From NCBI GenBank assembly GCA_000004695.1, contig CM000151.3:8128001-8192000 (forward strand): a stretch of 64,000 bases of DNA, read 5' to 3'. The notes under the pieces were generated by a model. That model did no database searches, was not told the DNA's origin, and worked only from the letters and a program-made list of their open reading frames with translations. The stretch's first letter is position 1, and each line of letters begins with the position of its first letter. Both the position numbers and the translations under genes were made by a program. The DNA comes from Dictyostelium discoideum (lineage: Eukaryota). Below are positions 24,464 to 38,170 of the stretch, piece by piece.

Positions 24464-26059
24464 ATGATTTCAATTTTTAAAATCCTATCATCACCAAAAC
24501 CAGCAACAACAACAACAAATATTATTAACCCAATAAATATAATAAATGGAATAAGATATTTTTCGAGTAATCAAGAAGATTATCCATTATTTAAAAAACC
24601 AGTATTTAATGGTAAAGTTTTGAGAGGTGGTAGAAAAGTTTTTAAAAATGATTTAATTTATTCAAAAAAAGAATCTCATTATAATAATAATAATAATAGT
24701 AATAATAATAGTAATAATAATAATAATAATAATAATAGTAATAATAGAAATAATAATAATTTCAGCAATAATAGAAATAATAATAATAATAGAAATAATA
24801 ATAATAATAATAGTAATAGAAATAATAATAATAGTAATGATAATAATTTTAGAAATAATAATAATAATAATAGAAGAACTGAATATTATAAAAATGATTT
24901 TGATAGTTCAAAATATATTTCAAATAAACCAGAGATTAGAATTTTTGATTTACATGAACAAGCAGTTTATGGTATAAATCCAGTTTGGGTTGCATTGTCA
25001 TCTGGAAATAGAACATTTAATGCATTATATGTTTGTGGTACATTATTACCAAAATTAAAAGAATTGGGTATTGATATTAAAAATATTGAAAATTCAAAAA
25101 GAGAATATATTTCTGATTTTGATCATAACTATGGTAGAGAAACAAACCAAATAGAGGATGAAAATCAAGATGAACAATATTCAAATCAACATGATGAACA
25201 AGAACAAAATGAATATGAGGAAGAACAAGAAGAAGAAAAAGTACAAGAAGAAGAAGAGGATAATAATAATAATAATAATATTAAAAAAACAACATTTAAT
25301 AGATACAATGATAGAAAGAATTTAGTAGCATTAAAAGAAATTGTTAAAAATTCATTTAAACTTAAAATACCAGTTAGATCAGTTAATAAGGGTACTTTGG
25401 ATTCATTTTCGAAGGGTAGACCACATCAAGGTATAATTTTAGATGCATCACCATTGACTTTATTAAATATCGACTTTTTAGAGAAATTCGATATAAATGA
25501 AAGAGTGAATAAAAGAATGAATGGTGGTGGTGGTGGTGGTGGTGGTGGTGGTGGTAATAAGATTAACAATGATAAATATCCATTATGGTTAGTATTGGAC
25601 GAATTATGGGATCCACAAAATGTAGGTGCAATAATTAGAAATTGTAGTTTCTTTAATATCGATGGTGTGGTAATTTCAAATAAGAATTCAAGTCCTATAA
25701 CACCGGCAGCTTCAAAATCAAGTTCTGGGGCATGTGAAAGTTTTGTAATTAATCGTACAGAGTCAATTGAAGGTTTCTTAAAATCAAGTCAAAGAAATGG
25801 TTGGAATGTAGTTGGTACATCTTTAGATGACTTGAATGAAAACCAACCATGTCTTGATATTAATCAAATTAAATTAGATCAACCAACAATCCTCATACTT
25901 GGTAATGAAGGTTTTGGTTTAAAACCTTCAGTTTTAGAAATTTGTAATAAAACTATAAAAATCGTTGGTGGTAATTATAAAATTGATTCTTTAAATGTTT
26001 CTGTAACTTCTGGTATTTTAATTCATACATTATTATCATCTGGAACATTACCAAAATAA
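24464..26059 (+). CDS. SpoU/TrmH-family RNA 2'-O-ribose methyltransferase (MRM1-like, probable mitochondrial rRNA methyltransferase) with a long poly-Asn insert; single exon
   Basis: 531-aa ORF. The C-terminal third has SpoU motifs: LVLDELWDPQNVGAIIRNCSFFNIDGVVIS, ILILGNEGFGLKPSVLEICNKTIKI and SLNVSVTSGILIH. It has a Gly13 run and an acidic stretch. The N-terminal presequence-like region is MISIFKILSSPKPA. Confidence 0.75.
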   Translation: MISIFKILSSPKPATTTTNIINPINIINGIRYFSSNQEDYPLFKKPVFNGKVLRGGRKVFKNDLIYSKKESHYNNNNNSNNNSNNNNNNNNSNNRNNNNFSNNRNNNNNRNNNNNNSNRNNNNSNDNNFRNNNNNNRRTEYYKNDFDSSKYISNKPEIRIFDLHEQAVYGINPVWVALSSGNRTFNALYVCGTLLPKLKELGIDIKNIENSKREYISDFDHNYGRETNQIEDENQDEQYSNQHDEQEQNEYEEEQEEEKVQEEEEDNNNNNNIKKTTFNRYNDRKNLVALKEIVKNSFKLKIPVRSVNKGTLDSFSKGRPHQGIILDASPLTLLNIDFLEKFDINERVNKRMNGGGGGGGGGGGNKINNDKYPLWLVLDELWDPQNVGAIIRNCSFFNIDGVVISNKNSSPITPAASKSSSGACESFVINRTESIEGFLKSSQRNGWNVVGTSLDDLNENQPCLDINQIKLDQPTILILGNEGFGLKPSVLEICNKTIKIVGGNYKIDSLNVSVTSGILIHTLLSSGTLPK

Positions 26060-26193
26060 ATAATAAAAATAAAAATAAAAAAATAGAAATATTAAATGAA
26101 TAAACTTTTCTTTATTTTTTTTATTTTTTTTTTTATTTTTTTTTTTTTGTAAAACTTATTATTTATTATTTTTTTTAAATTAATTTTTTTTTT

Positions 26194-27379
26194 TTAAGCA
26201 AAGAAAACAACAAATATTACAATAAATACAATTAAAACTAAAAATATTTTTAAAATTAAACTTCTATTTGAAGATACATTTAAAAGTGTTTGAATTAAAG
26301 AATCGTGACCTCTTGAAATGTTTGCTAAAGAATCATCCATATTTGAATCAATTCTTTCAATGACTTCACCTTGCATCGATACCAAATTTGCTAATTGTGT
26401 GAAAATACCTTCTAATTGATTAATGGTCGATGATATATTCTCTGCTGCTCTTAAACGACTTGATGAATAATCTGTTGTATGCATCATTAATTCTTGTGGC
26501 ATTAAAATTGAATGTTCATTTGAATTATCATCATCCTCCATTTCATATTTATATAATGCTGAATCTAAAATAAATAAAAATAAATAAAAATAATAAAAAA
26601 AAGTTAGTTTTAAAATTGTAAAGTTAAAAAAAAAAAAAAAAAAAAAAAAAGAAGCACAATAACACAACAAACACAAGATGGTTATATGAACGAATTTGAT
26701 ATATTGATATTGATATATTGATATTTTGATATTTTGATAATTGGATAGACAGAGAGGGAAGGGGATGTAGAGGTACACAACAACAATAATAATAAACAAA
26801 AATAACAAAAACAATAATTAATAATTATTAATAAACTCTCTCACTAACCATCTCTGTTTGTTGTGTTACGGTGCCTAATATCACTTTTAGAAGAAGAAGA
26901 AGAAACATTACTATTATTTCCTGATGGATGTTCGTGTGATGAACCTGGTGGTGATGAAAATGTATTTGAATAACCTGAAAAACTATCTTTTTTCTCTTGT
27001 TGTTGTTTTAAACTCTATAAATAATAATATTTATATAGATTAATATATATAACTAAATCTAAATCTAAATCTATATCTAATATATACCTCTGTTCTAACT
27101 TCTAAAATATCTTTAAAATCTTTTGTCGCATTTGATAATTTTAAATTTAAAAATCCAACTATAGTCTCTGAATGATCACCAGTTTGTTTGTTTGGTTGTC
27201 TTGATGATTTTACATATTGATCAAGTGATGATAAATCTTTATTTAATTTTTGAATATCTTGTTTTATAATAAATGTTAATTCTTCAATTTGTGCTGATGA
27301 ATCCATAAATAATTTTGTATTTTTTGCCACTACATTTCAATATATTAGATAGATAGATGTTAGTTCCTTAAATTATGAA

Positions 27380-27416
<37 letters not shown>

Positions 27417-27649
27417 GTATGTATTTAAATATTTAGGTATTTATTTAATTATTTACTATTTGTTAATTTTATTAATTTCTCAGAGGTTTCAAAAACACCT
27501 TTACTTATTTCCGCTGCTGCATATGAGAATTGTGATTTTTGAGAATGTTGTTTTTTCCCTTTATGTGATATTGTTCCATTTTGTTCTTGTTTCCTTCTTA
27601 AAGTTTCTGCTAAATTACCAAATTCTGATGTTCTATCTTTAAACACCAT
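26194..27649 (-). CDS. syntaxin-5 (t-SNARE, ER-Golgi); four exons, about 27649..27457, 27329..27088, 27014..26849 and 26564..26194
   Basis: The N-terminus MVFKDRTSEF has the Sly1-binding DRTxEF motif of syntaxin-5. Exon 2 (AKNTKLFMDSSAQIEELTFIIKQDIQKLN...ILEVRTE) and exon 3 (SLKQQQEKK...) align with human STX5 (LFDDKAVEIEELTYIIKQDINSLN...VLEVRTENLKQQ). Exon 4 carries the SNARE motif (INQLEGIFTQLANLVSMQGEVIERIDSNMDD) and a C-terminal TM (LILKIFLVLIVFIVIFVVFFA*). Donors are GTAAAT, GTATAT and GTTAGT; phases are consistent. Confidence 0.7.
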
Positions 27650-27877
27650 TTTCTTTTTACTGTTTTTATATAAATATGTATATTATTATTATTCGTTGGT
27701 TTTTTTATTTTATTTTTTTATTTTATTTTTTTATTGTTATTTAATTATTATTATTATTATTATTATTGTTATAATTATTAAATTTTTAAAAGCTATATTA
27801 TACAAATATTTAAATTACACCAATATGTGTATTAAATAAAAACAAATTAAAAAAAAAAAAAAAAAATTTGAACCAAT

Positions 27878-27913
<36 letters not shown>

Positions 27914-29811
27914 AAAAATTAAAAACACCTCAAATTTTTATTTTTTTATTTTTAATTTTATTTTTTATTTTTATTTATTTATTTTTTTTTTTTTTTGGGA
28001 ATGAATATTCTGTTGATGTTCCATTTTCGTCAAAAATAATAATTTTATTTTAATCAAGATTGGTAATCGAGAATTTATAATATTTACAAATGAAGAGTAG
28101 GATTTACTAAAACAAATAAATATGAAACATTTTTTTATTAATTTAATAATCAAATTTAGGTTGATAAAGCTATCATTATATTCATAATTGAACTCTATAT
28201 ATGTTTTTAATATTATTTGGAATTTTAAAAGTTATTTTTTTTTTAAAAAAAAATAAAATAAAATAACAAAATAATCATACTTTAATAAAAACAATAAAAA
28301 CACATAAATCATGGAGAATTCAATAAAGAATATATAATAATGGTGTTTTCAATTTAAATATATCTTTTTTTTTAAATAATATATACTAATAATGATAATA
28401 GTAGTAATAATTTTAATAGTCCAAATAGTATTAAAAGTCATAAATCATTTTTAGAATGGAATAGAGAACGATACTTGGGGAGAATAAAACATAGAGAAGC
28501 AAGTGATGTTAAAATTTTATGCTTGGATGTTGATTTTATTTTGTTTATCTTTATTTTATTTTATTTTATTTTTTTTAAGTGGTAAAAAAAAAAGTTTTTC
28601 AAACAAATGCAATCAAATAAAAAAAAAAAAAAAATATAAAAATAAAAAAAAAAAAAAAAAAAATTATTTTCAAGATTTAAAGAATTGTTGCCACATCAAA
28701 AAAATATGTTTATAAAATAAAATCAATAAAATAATAAAATTAAAGAGTTAAATAAAAATAATACTATTTCAATGATTTGAAAAAAAAAAAATATTATTAC
28801 TGTTTTTTTATTTTTTTATTTTTTTTTTTTATTTTTAATTTTTTTAATTTTTATTTATTTATTATTTATAAATGTATTTAAAGAATAATACGTAGAAAGG
28901 GATACAGAAAGAGTTAAATATGTTGGAAGTTTTTTTTTTTTTTTAATGCCTTTCCCATTATTTTTTTTTTTTTTAAAAAAAAATAATAAATCTATTAATT
29001 GATTGGTCGACAGCAAAAAATATAAAAAAAAACAAAAGTGTTCCTGTATATGTTAATACCATTAAAATTTGGAATTTTATTTTAATTGCAAGGGTGTGGT
29101 GTTTATTATTTGTTTGTGTATATTAGATTTAAAAAAAAAAAAAAAAAAATAAAATAAAATAAAAAAAAAAAAAATAAATAAAAAATTTTATTTATTTGTA
29201 TCTTTTTATATATATTTAACACCCTAATATTGTATTAGCATACATACTTTTGTACTTTTATGTGATAAAAAAAATCATTCTTTTTTGATTTTTTTTTTTT
29301 TTTTTTCTTTTTTAATCATAATATTTACACTAAAAAATAAAAATTAATTTTATATTCTTTTATATATATAACTGTGTGATTGTTTTAATTTTTTTTTATT
29401 CTTATATTTTATTTTTATAAAAAAAACAAAACAAATGAAAATATATATACAAATATATACAAAATTATACATAAACACACACACTCTCTAATTTAAATTA
29501 ATTAAATTTTAAAATTGATTATTTTTTTTTTTATATATAAAAAAATTTTTTTATTTAATTTTTGATTTGACAAATAGATTTTTCTTTTTTTTTTTAAAAA
29601 AAATACACAATTATTTTATATTATATTGTTTTAGCACACTATAAATATATACTATTTATTTTTTATAATAATAAAAATAATAATAATAAAAATAAAAATA
29701 TTAATCATCAATAATCACATTAAAGAGTAATTTTAATAAACACAATCACACTAAATGTAACAGACCTAAATTAAAAAAAAAAAAAAAAAAAATTCAATCA
29801 CAATACAGTTA

Positions 29812-29851
<40 letters not shown>

Positions 29852-30068
29852 TATTACCAATAAATTTAAACCTATAAACTAAAAAAAAAGTTTAGGGTTT
29901 CCTTTTTTTTTTTCTTTTTTTTTTTCAAATTATTTAATTATTTATTTATTTTATTTTATTTTATTATATATATTTTTTTTTTTCCAAATAAAAAAAAAAA
30001 AAAAAAAAAAAAAAAATAATCGATTATATATATATATAAAATAAAAATCTAAAACAAAAAACAATAAA

Positions 30069-30371
30069 ATGATAATAAAAATAATAAAAAAAATATTTTT
30101 GTTGGTAATTTTATCTTTATTTTTTGGTAACAACAACAATAATAATAACATATATAATATAAATGGTATTGTTTTCGCACAATTACCAGGACTTCAAGGT
30201 GGAGGTGGAGTAACAAGTGGATTAATGGGATCATCATTATCAATGGGGGGGCCACGATCAAAATCATCAAGTATTACAAGTCCAGCAATAGATAGTTCAC
30301 TATTATCAACACCAATTGGTGGAAATTTATTCCCAATAAATAATAATAATAATAATAATAATAAAAATAAA

Positions 30372-30439
<68 letters not shown>

Positions 30440-32501
30440 TAATAATAATAATAAAGCAACAAATGGCTTATTAAATAATGATCTAACAACAGGTGGTTTA
30501 ATTTCTTCACCAATTCTAGCAACACCATCAAGTCAAAAATCAGATTTGACAACATCTTCAACATCTTCAACATCTTCAACATCTTCAACATCTTCAACAT
30601 CTTCAACATCTTCATCAACATCTTCAACATCATCATCCACAATATCAAATAGTATTATTCCATCTTTTACAACTACAACTACAACAACAACAACATCAAT
30701 ATCGACAATACCATTAAAAACAGCATCACCAACATTTTCCCCTGAACCAATTAATGAAATTGTAAATGATAAAAGTGATTCAAGTAATAGTATAGCACCA
30801 CCACAAAATACATTATTATCAAGAATACCAAAAACAACAATTTTAAAAAAGAAACCAGACCCAACTCCAAAACCAACAATAAATAATTTAAACTTAATAA
30901 ATGAAGATGAGGAGGAGGATGAGGGGGGAGAACAATTTTCAGAATCAGAATCAGATTATAATACATTACCAACTCAAATTATGGTTTGTGTTGGTAGTAT
31001 TTGTCCAAATGGTGCATGTATGGATGATTCACCAAATTGTGTTGGTCAATTAAATGATATTACTACAAGATGTCCATACGATACACCAGTTAGATGTCCA
31101 GATGGATCATGTAGTCAATCATTAGGTTTATGTCAATCATTAACTTTAAATTGTACACTTGGTATTTGCCCAAATGGTCAATGTGCACCATGTAATCAAT
31201 ATGATGGTTGTCCAATTGATATTCCATTTCAATGTCCAACTGGTGTTTGTTCAAAATTTGCATCACAATGTCAAAAATGTTTAAATGGTCATATGAAATG
31301 TTTTGATGGATCTTGTCAATCACCTTGTCCATATGTAAGTATATATTCACACAGTATAATAATTTATATATAAACTAAACTAATTTTAATTTTTTATTAA
31401 TTTTATATTTTAGCCACCATTTTATTATAAACCAATTACATTATCTAGAAATTTAATTAATGGTAAAAAAGATACAAAAGTAACAGTTAATAGTTATGAA
31501 CAACCATTGGATTATAATTCAAAACATATTAAAATATTGGATATTTATATTGAATCTGAAACAATACCAAGTAATACATTATTGAAAATTCAACCTGTAG
31601 CCGACTCTTCAGTTGAATTAATTAAAGGTGAGGAAAGTTGGCCTGATAATTATAATTACCAATTAGCATTATTATCACCAATCATTAATATAACTGCTTC
31701 TTATAATGGTACTTTATTAAAAAATTTTAAAAAAAAAATTAGATTTGAATTTAATTTAATTAATAATCCTGCATTTGTAAGTTTATTTTTTAATTATATA
31801 ATATTATTTTTATTAAAACAATTTAATATTAATATTAATAATAATTATTATATAATAAAAAAAAAATAAAGGATATTAATTTTATGTGTTTTGGATTTAT
31901 AAATGAAACAAGTGGTAAATGGGAAAAAGTTTCAAATGTTACAATTGAAAATTCAATGATGGTTGGTTATACTGATCATTTTACATCATTTGCAATGTTG
32001 ACATCATATAATGGTGATCCAATTATTGGAACAAATTATAAAGGTATAAATTCTCAAAATAATAATAATAATAATAATGGTTCTCCATTTACAATGAGAG
32101 AGAAAAATATTCCAAGATTAATGGGAATTGTATTTGGATGTATTGGTGCATGTCTTTTAATAATTATAATTGGTGTTTGTTGGCACCATTCTTCAAAACA
32201 TGGTGGTCTAAGACATTGGCTAATATCTCGTGCTGCCTCCTCTTCAAATATTAGAAGTAGTAGTAGTAGTAGTGGTAGTCCAAAAATTAGTGAATCTGGT
32301 GAAATAATATTAAATAATAGCACTAGTAGTGTAGTAAGTACTACTAGTCTTTGTAGCAGTAGCAGTACCAATAATCTTGTAAATAGTATAAGTAGTAGTA
32401 ATTTAAATATTAATAATAGTACAAGTATTAATATAAATAATAATGATTATAATAATAATAATATTATTAATAACAATAGTGATGGACTAATAAAAAAGTA
32501 A
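30069..32501 (+). CDS. secreted/type-I membrane protein with a signal peptide, poly-Asn, (STS)n, a Cys-rich repeat domain, a GPS-like juxtamembrane motif, one TM helix and a Ser-rich tail; exons 30069..31334, about 31414..31776 and about 31872..32501
   Basis: Exon 1 ORF (434 aa) runs up to ...SCQSPCPY at a GTAAGT donor at 31335. Exon 2 encodes PPFYYKPITLSRN...NNPAF and ends at GTAAGT at 31777. Exon 3 encodes DINFMCFGFINETSGKWEKVSNVTIENSMMVGYTDHFTSFAML ... LMGIVFGCIGACLLIIIIGVCW (TM) ... the S-rich tail and a stop. Repeated CPNGxC / CPxGxCS modules are present. Confidence 0.6.
30553..30640 (+). repeat. 9-bp coding tandem repeat (tcaacatct)n encoding (STS)n
   Basis: acatcttcaacatcttcaacatcttcaacatcttcaacatcttcaacatcttca... 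Confidence 0.8.
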
Positions 32502-32719
32502 AATAAATTTAAATATCTATTTTTTTTTTTCTTTTTTTTTTTTTCTTTGAATATTAAGTTGTTCAGATATTTTTTTTTTTTTTTTTGGGAAATAAAAAAA
32601 CAAAAATAATTGGTTGAAATCCATACTTTCAACAAAATTTTTATAATAAAAAATTTAAATTTCAATCATTATCATAAAAATCTTTTTTTTTGATCGAGGG
32701 TTTGTTTGGTGGGACCAAA

Positions 32720-32754
<35 letters not shown>

Positions 32755-33344
32755 GGAAATAATTGTTATTTTTAAATTATTTCAAAATTAGCTGCAAATT
32801 TTATAGAAAAAAAAAAAAAAAGTTTTAAAAATATCTTTTCCGATTGATTTAAAAAAATTAAAAAAAAAAAAATTAAAAAAATTAATAAAATTTGATATTG
32901 ATATTCAAGATGTCGACATAAATATTTTATTTTATTTTTTTATTTTTTTTTTTACTTTTTTCTTTTATTTTCATTTTTTTGAATAGCCCTGGTAATTTTT
33001 TTTTTTTTTTTTTTCATAACCATTATACCTTTGTACTATTACCTTTTAATATAAATATTTTATATATACATATATTTTACATAAAATATCATTTTCTTTT
33101 TTTTTTTGTTTTTATTTTTTTTATTATTATAAAAAGTTATAGATCAAAATAAATAAAAAATTTAAACAGAATGGTAATTATTTTTTTAAAACACCTTGTG
33201 ATTATTTTTTTTTTCTATTTTTTTTTTATTTTTTTTCATTTTTTAACATTTTCATTTTTTTATTTTTATTTTTTTTTTTATTTTTATTTTTATTTTTTTT
33301 AAAAAAAAAACCTTTTACTAATTTTTCATTTTTTTTTTTTTTTT

Positions 33345-33381
<37 letters not shown>

Positions 33382-33415
33382 TAAAAATAATTATTTTATA
33401 TAATACTTTAAAAAA

Positions 33416-34607
33416 ATGCAGTCAACTTCAGTTTCTCCAAATTATTTGGACTTGGTTCCAATTGATTTTATGATGAAATTATTACCATCAGAATATACTT
33501 TTCAAAGTTTATTTGAAGTCGATTACAGTAAATGGGATTGGAGTCAATTAATCCCATCAAAAGATTTCAAATTTATCGAGGGTGTTACACCATTCACAAA
33601 TAAAAATTTCATCTTTATGTCTATTTTCCTTTATCTTTTAACTGTTTTATCAATTAAAGTAAGTAATCCCGAATTTTTTAGATACGCAAAAAAAAAAAAA
33701 AGATATTTTTGGAATTTTTTTTTTTTTTTTTTTTAACCCTTTGTTTTTTTAAATTTAAAAAAAAAACACTTTTATTAATAGTTTTTTTTTTTTTTTTTTT
33801 TCTATTTAAAAAATTTAGGTTTTATTTAATGTTTTAAATATAAAAGGATGGAGACTTGGTATGATATCAGGTATTCATAATTTAATTTTATGTGTTTGGT
33901 CATTTGTTATGTGCGCAGGTTTATCATATGATCTTTTACTTTTATTCACTTCATCAGAACATGGTATAAACGCATTATTCTGTTCACCAGAGTCAAATCC
34001 ATTAACTGGAAGAATATTTTACTGGCATTATTTATATTTTATCAGTAAATTTTATGAATTTATTGATACTTTAATTATTGTTTTAAAAAGAGTAAATTAT
34101 TATTATTATTATTATTAAATATTTTAAAATAATTCAAACACTAAAATATATTTCTAACATTTATTTATTTTATTTGTTTAGAGAGAATTAATTTTCTTAC
34201 ATATTTGGCATCATGCAATTGTTGTTTTAATTGTTTGGACATGGTTACCAGGAGTTGCATATGCAAGTGTTGGTATGTTTGCCAATACATTAGTTCATGT
34301 ATTTATGTATTACTATTATTTTAGAACATCAATTAATCCATCAGTTAGAATTTGGTGGAAATCATATCTTACAAGTGGTCAATTATTCCAATTTTCAATG
34401 TCATTCGTATTAGCAATTCCATTCCTCTTACAAGATATTTCTTTAAATCAAACCACTGGTAAATTTAATCATTCATGTAAAGGTTGGGGTGCATTTGGTT
34501 TCACAATGGTAAACAATTTAATATTTTTAATTTTATTCATTAATTTCTATATTCAAACATATGTTAATAGAAAATCTTCAACAAAATCAAAATCAAAATC
34601 TGAATAA
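33416..34607 (+). CDS. fatty-acid elongase, ELO (ELOVL) family; exons 33416..33658, 33819..34091 and 34182..34607
   Basis: Exon 1 ends ...LTVLSIK at GTAAGT, acceptor tttag. Exon 2 ends ...IIVLKR at GTAAAT, acceptor gtttag. Exon 3 contains the ELO histidine box LHIWHHAIV and a YYYF..TSINP segment. A C-terminal KSKSKSE follows multiple TM segments. Confidence 0.8.
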
Positions 34608-34743
34608 AAAAAAAATAAAAAAAGAGAATAGGCAAAAAAAATTTTTTTATTTATATATTTAACACCTCAATTGTCCAATAATTAAAAGAAATTAATAATT
34701 TTTTTTATATGTATTAATGTTTATTTTTTTTTTTTATTATTAT

Positions 34744-34779
<36 letters not shown>

Positions 34780-35218
34780 ATATAAAACACGTTTGAAATA
34801 GATTTAATTTAAATCTATAGGTGTTGATTGTACAATTATTTATAATGATATTAAAGGTATTGATATATAATGTTTGAATTTTTTTTTTTTTTTTTTTTTT
34901 TGTTGGTGAGATTTATCTTTGTTTAATTACTATTCTTTTTTTTTTTTTTTTTTTTTAATTATACTAGTATATATTTATATAAATTATTCGCGTTAAATAT
35001 TTTTTTTTTTTTCTATTTTACAAAATTATTTACAAGTTTCTTTTCTTTTTTTTTTTTTTTTTTTTGAAAACGAAAATTGGATTCCAGATATGTTGATTAA
35101 AAAATGATATTATTTATAATTAAAAATAAGATATTATATTATTAAAAAGGTAATCGCACATTATTTATATATCCTTTTTAAGTAATTAACAAATTATTCT
35201 TTGTTTATAAAATTATAT

Positions 35219-36224
35219 TTAATATGTACAATTTAAGATTAAATTTTGTTGTTGGATTTTAGTGAGTTTGGCACTATTTGGTGATGGTGGTGGATTACCA
35301 CTATTATTTTCAACAACATCTTCATCGCTATTATTATTATTGGTGTTATTATTATTATTATTATTATTTATATGTTGTTGCGCTTGTTGGTTATTATTAT
35401 TATGTTGTTGATGATGATTTAAGAAATGTTGTTGTTGAACTTGTAAATGATGATTATGAATTGAAGATTTTAACAATTCTGATGGAACTTTAACGCTACT
35501 ATTATTTGTAATTGAGAAACCTGGATTGGTTTGAGAATTAACTTTATAATTATTTCCACCAAATGGATTTGGAAGTGGAGATATCTTGAAAGGATCATCT
35601 GAACCACTGAATAATAATGGACTCTTTGAAGAGCTTGCAGATGGAGAAGTACTATTATTATTACTATTATTATTGCTGTTGTTATTGTTGTTGTTGTTGC
35701 CACTAGCACTCTTCCATGGTGAGAATGGATTGGATGGAATTGGTGGTGATGAACCATTACCAATTGTTGAATGATGATTAGCAGATAACAAGGATGGACT
35801 TGATGATGAATGATAGTTTGGAGGTGGTGGCGAGATTGTACCACCATTATTGTTGTTGTTGTTTGAATGATTGTTACCACCATCTAAAATGGTAATATGT
35901 GAAGTTGAATGTTGTGGTGGTGTATTAATTGAAGGTCCATTCAAAGTTAAATTGTTATTAAAGTTTGATAATGAAAAATGTACACCACTTGCAGTTAACA
36001 ATGGGGAATTACCAACGATGGAAGGACTGGTAGTCAATGAAGAATTTACAACATTTGATTGGCTAGTTGTCATTGATGCTGGATTGTTACCTCTTGGAGT
36101 TCTACATTTTGGTGATGGTGTATCAGAGAAAATCATTGGAGAATACTTTAATAATAACAATTCCTCTTCAGTAAAACGTTCTTCATCATGAGCTTTTCTT
36201 TTTCTATTTATATCACCTTCTTCA

Positions 36225-36262
<38 letters not shown>

Positions 36263-36979
36263 GCTGTTATTATTATTATTATTGTTATTATTATTATTAT
36301 TATTATTTACAGGTTGTTGTGGTGATGGTTGAGTTTGTACAAATGAAGTTTTTCTTTTTGGGAAATTTCTATATAATGGATCCTCTCTTGGTGACTTGGT
36401 AGTACGTGGTGATAGACCAGCTTCAGGAGTTAGGCAAATGTTATTGTTTGAGACAATGGTAGGAGTACCACCACTAGCATTTATGTTTGCCTCTTCATCA
36501 TCGTAGATTGAGTTTTCCTTATCTGGTGGTAATGACCATGGATTTAATGGTTGAATTAATCTCCAATGACCATTACAACCCATAGCATCCCAACCAGATT
36601 CGAAATGACGACAATGACTAAGAGAATCTTGAACTTGTTTTCTCCAACGATCTGATTTGGCAGTATTAATTGAAAGATGATCCCAATGCGAGTCTACATA
36701 GGTGTAGATATCTTTTTTGAGGTTGAAATATTTCTTCTCTGGATGTAATACACTAAGACAATAGAGGGCAACACGTAATTTCAATGTCCAAGTGGCTCTT
36801 CTCTTTTGGAGACAACTTGGTGTACCATTAACACAAAGCATACATCCATCATATTCATATGGTGTTGAAACCAATATCTTTGTATGTGGAGAACATGGAT
36901 TAGATGAAGATGGTGATTTACTAATATTATTTGCCAAATTGGCTAAATTTACTGTTGGAATAATAATTGAATCTTTCAT
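35219..36979 (-). CDS. hypothetical 586-aa protein with a conserved-looking Cys/His-rich N-terminal domain and a very low-complexity (poly-N, poly-Q, S/P-rich) remainder
   Basis: Single ORF. The N-terminal 220 aa is non-repetitive with spaced Cys/His (CSPHTKILVSTPYEYDGCMLCVNGTPSCLQKRRATWTLKLRVALYCLSVLHPEKKYF...HWDHL...SHCRHFESGWDAMGCNGHW). It then has N24, N14 and a His/Gln-rich tail. Domain not recognised. Confidence 0.5.
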
Positions 36980-37780
36980 CTTATTTAAATTATTATTATT
37001 ATTAATAATTTTATTGGTAGCTATTTTTAATTTATTATTATTATTATTATTATTGTTTTTTATTATTATTATTTTTTAAAAAATATATATAATTATTATA
37101 ATTATTATTATTATTACTATTATTATTATTATTATTATTATTATTAGTTATTTTTAAATTTTTATTATTACACGTTTATATAAATATATTTTGTTTTATT
37201 TGTTAATTATTAAAAGTTTAATTAATTTAATCTAAATATTAAAAAGAATAAATATTAGTATTGGGGTTTTTTTTTTTTTTTTTTTTTTAAATAATTTATT
37301 GAGGATGGAGGAGGAGAAATAAAAAAATAAAAAAAAAAAAAAAAAGTTAACCAAAAAAAAAAATAAAAAATAAAAAAATAAAAAAAAAAAACATAAAACA
37401 ATAAATCCTTTTTTAGTGCAAGTTTTGTTTATTATAAAAAAAATAGAATAAATTATTTTATTTTTTATCAAATTCGTATATATTTTAAAGATATAAAAAA
37501 AAAAATTTTAAAATTTTTAAAATAATGGTGGATGAAGAAGAGAAAAACGGCTATTTTTTTTTCCCTTTTTTTTTTTTTTTTTTTTAAAACTATTATATTA
37601 TGTATGTAATATTTTTTTTATTTTTTTCTTTTTTTTTTTTTTTTTGGTGGGTTTAATATTTATTATTGCAGAAACACACACCATAAAAATATTAAAAGAC
37701 ACACAAAAAAAAAAAATACGAAATGCTACTAATATTTTAAAAAGATTATTAAATTGTTTAATTATTTTTTTAGATAACTA

Positions 37781-37822
<42 letters not shown>

Positions 37823-38103
37823 GAATACAGTTAAAAATAAAATAAAATAATTTTAAAGTAATAATAAAAAAATAAAATAAAATAAAATTAAAAAAAATAT
37901 AGAGTATTAAATGGATAAATAGATATAAATATTTTATTTATTATAATATAGTTGGGGTGTTTTATTTTTTTTTTATTTTTTTATTTTTTTTTATTATTAT
38001 TATTTTTTTTTAATTTTTTTTTAATTATTTTTTAAATAAATACACGCTAATATATACATTTAAAACCAACAAATATACCAATTATTGAGAGTTTAATTGA
38101 TTG

Positions 38104-38170
<67 letters not shown>

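Noticed and set aside
28300-28520. possible small exon-like stretch with Asn/Ser codons
   Set aside because: No consistent ATG...splice...stop model could be built. It is probably intergenic.
35278-36191. several short plus-strand and alternate-frame ORFs inside the 35219..36979 gene
   Set aside because: They are low-complexity (poly-L, poly-Y, T/I-rich) out-of-frame readings of repeat DNA.
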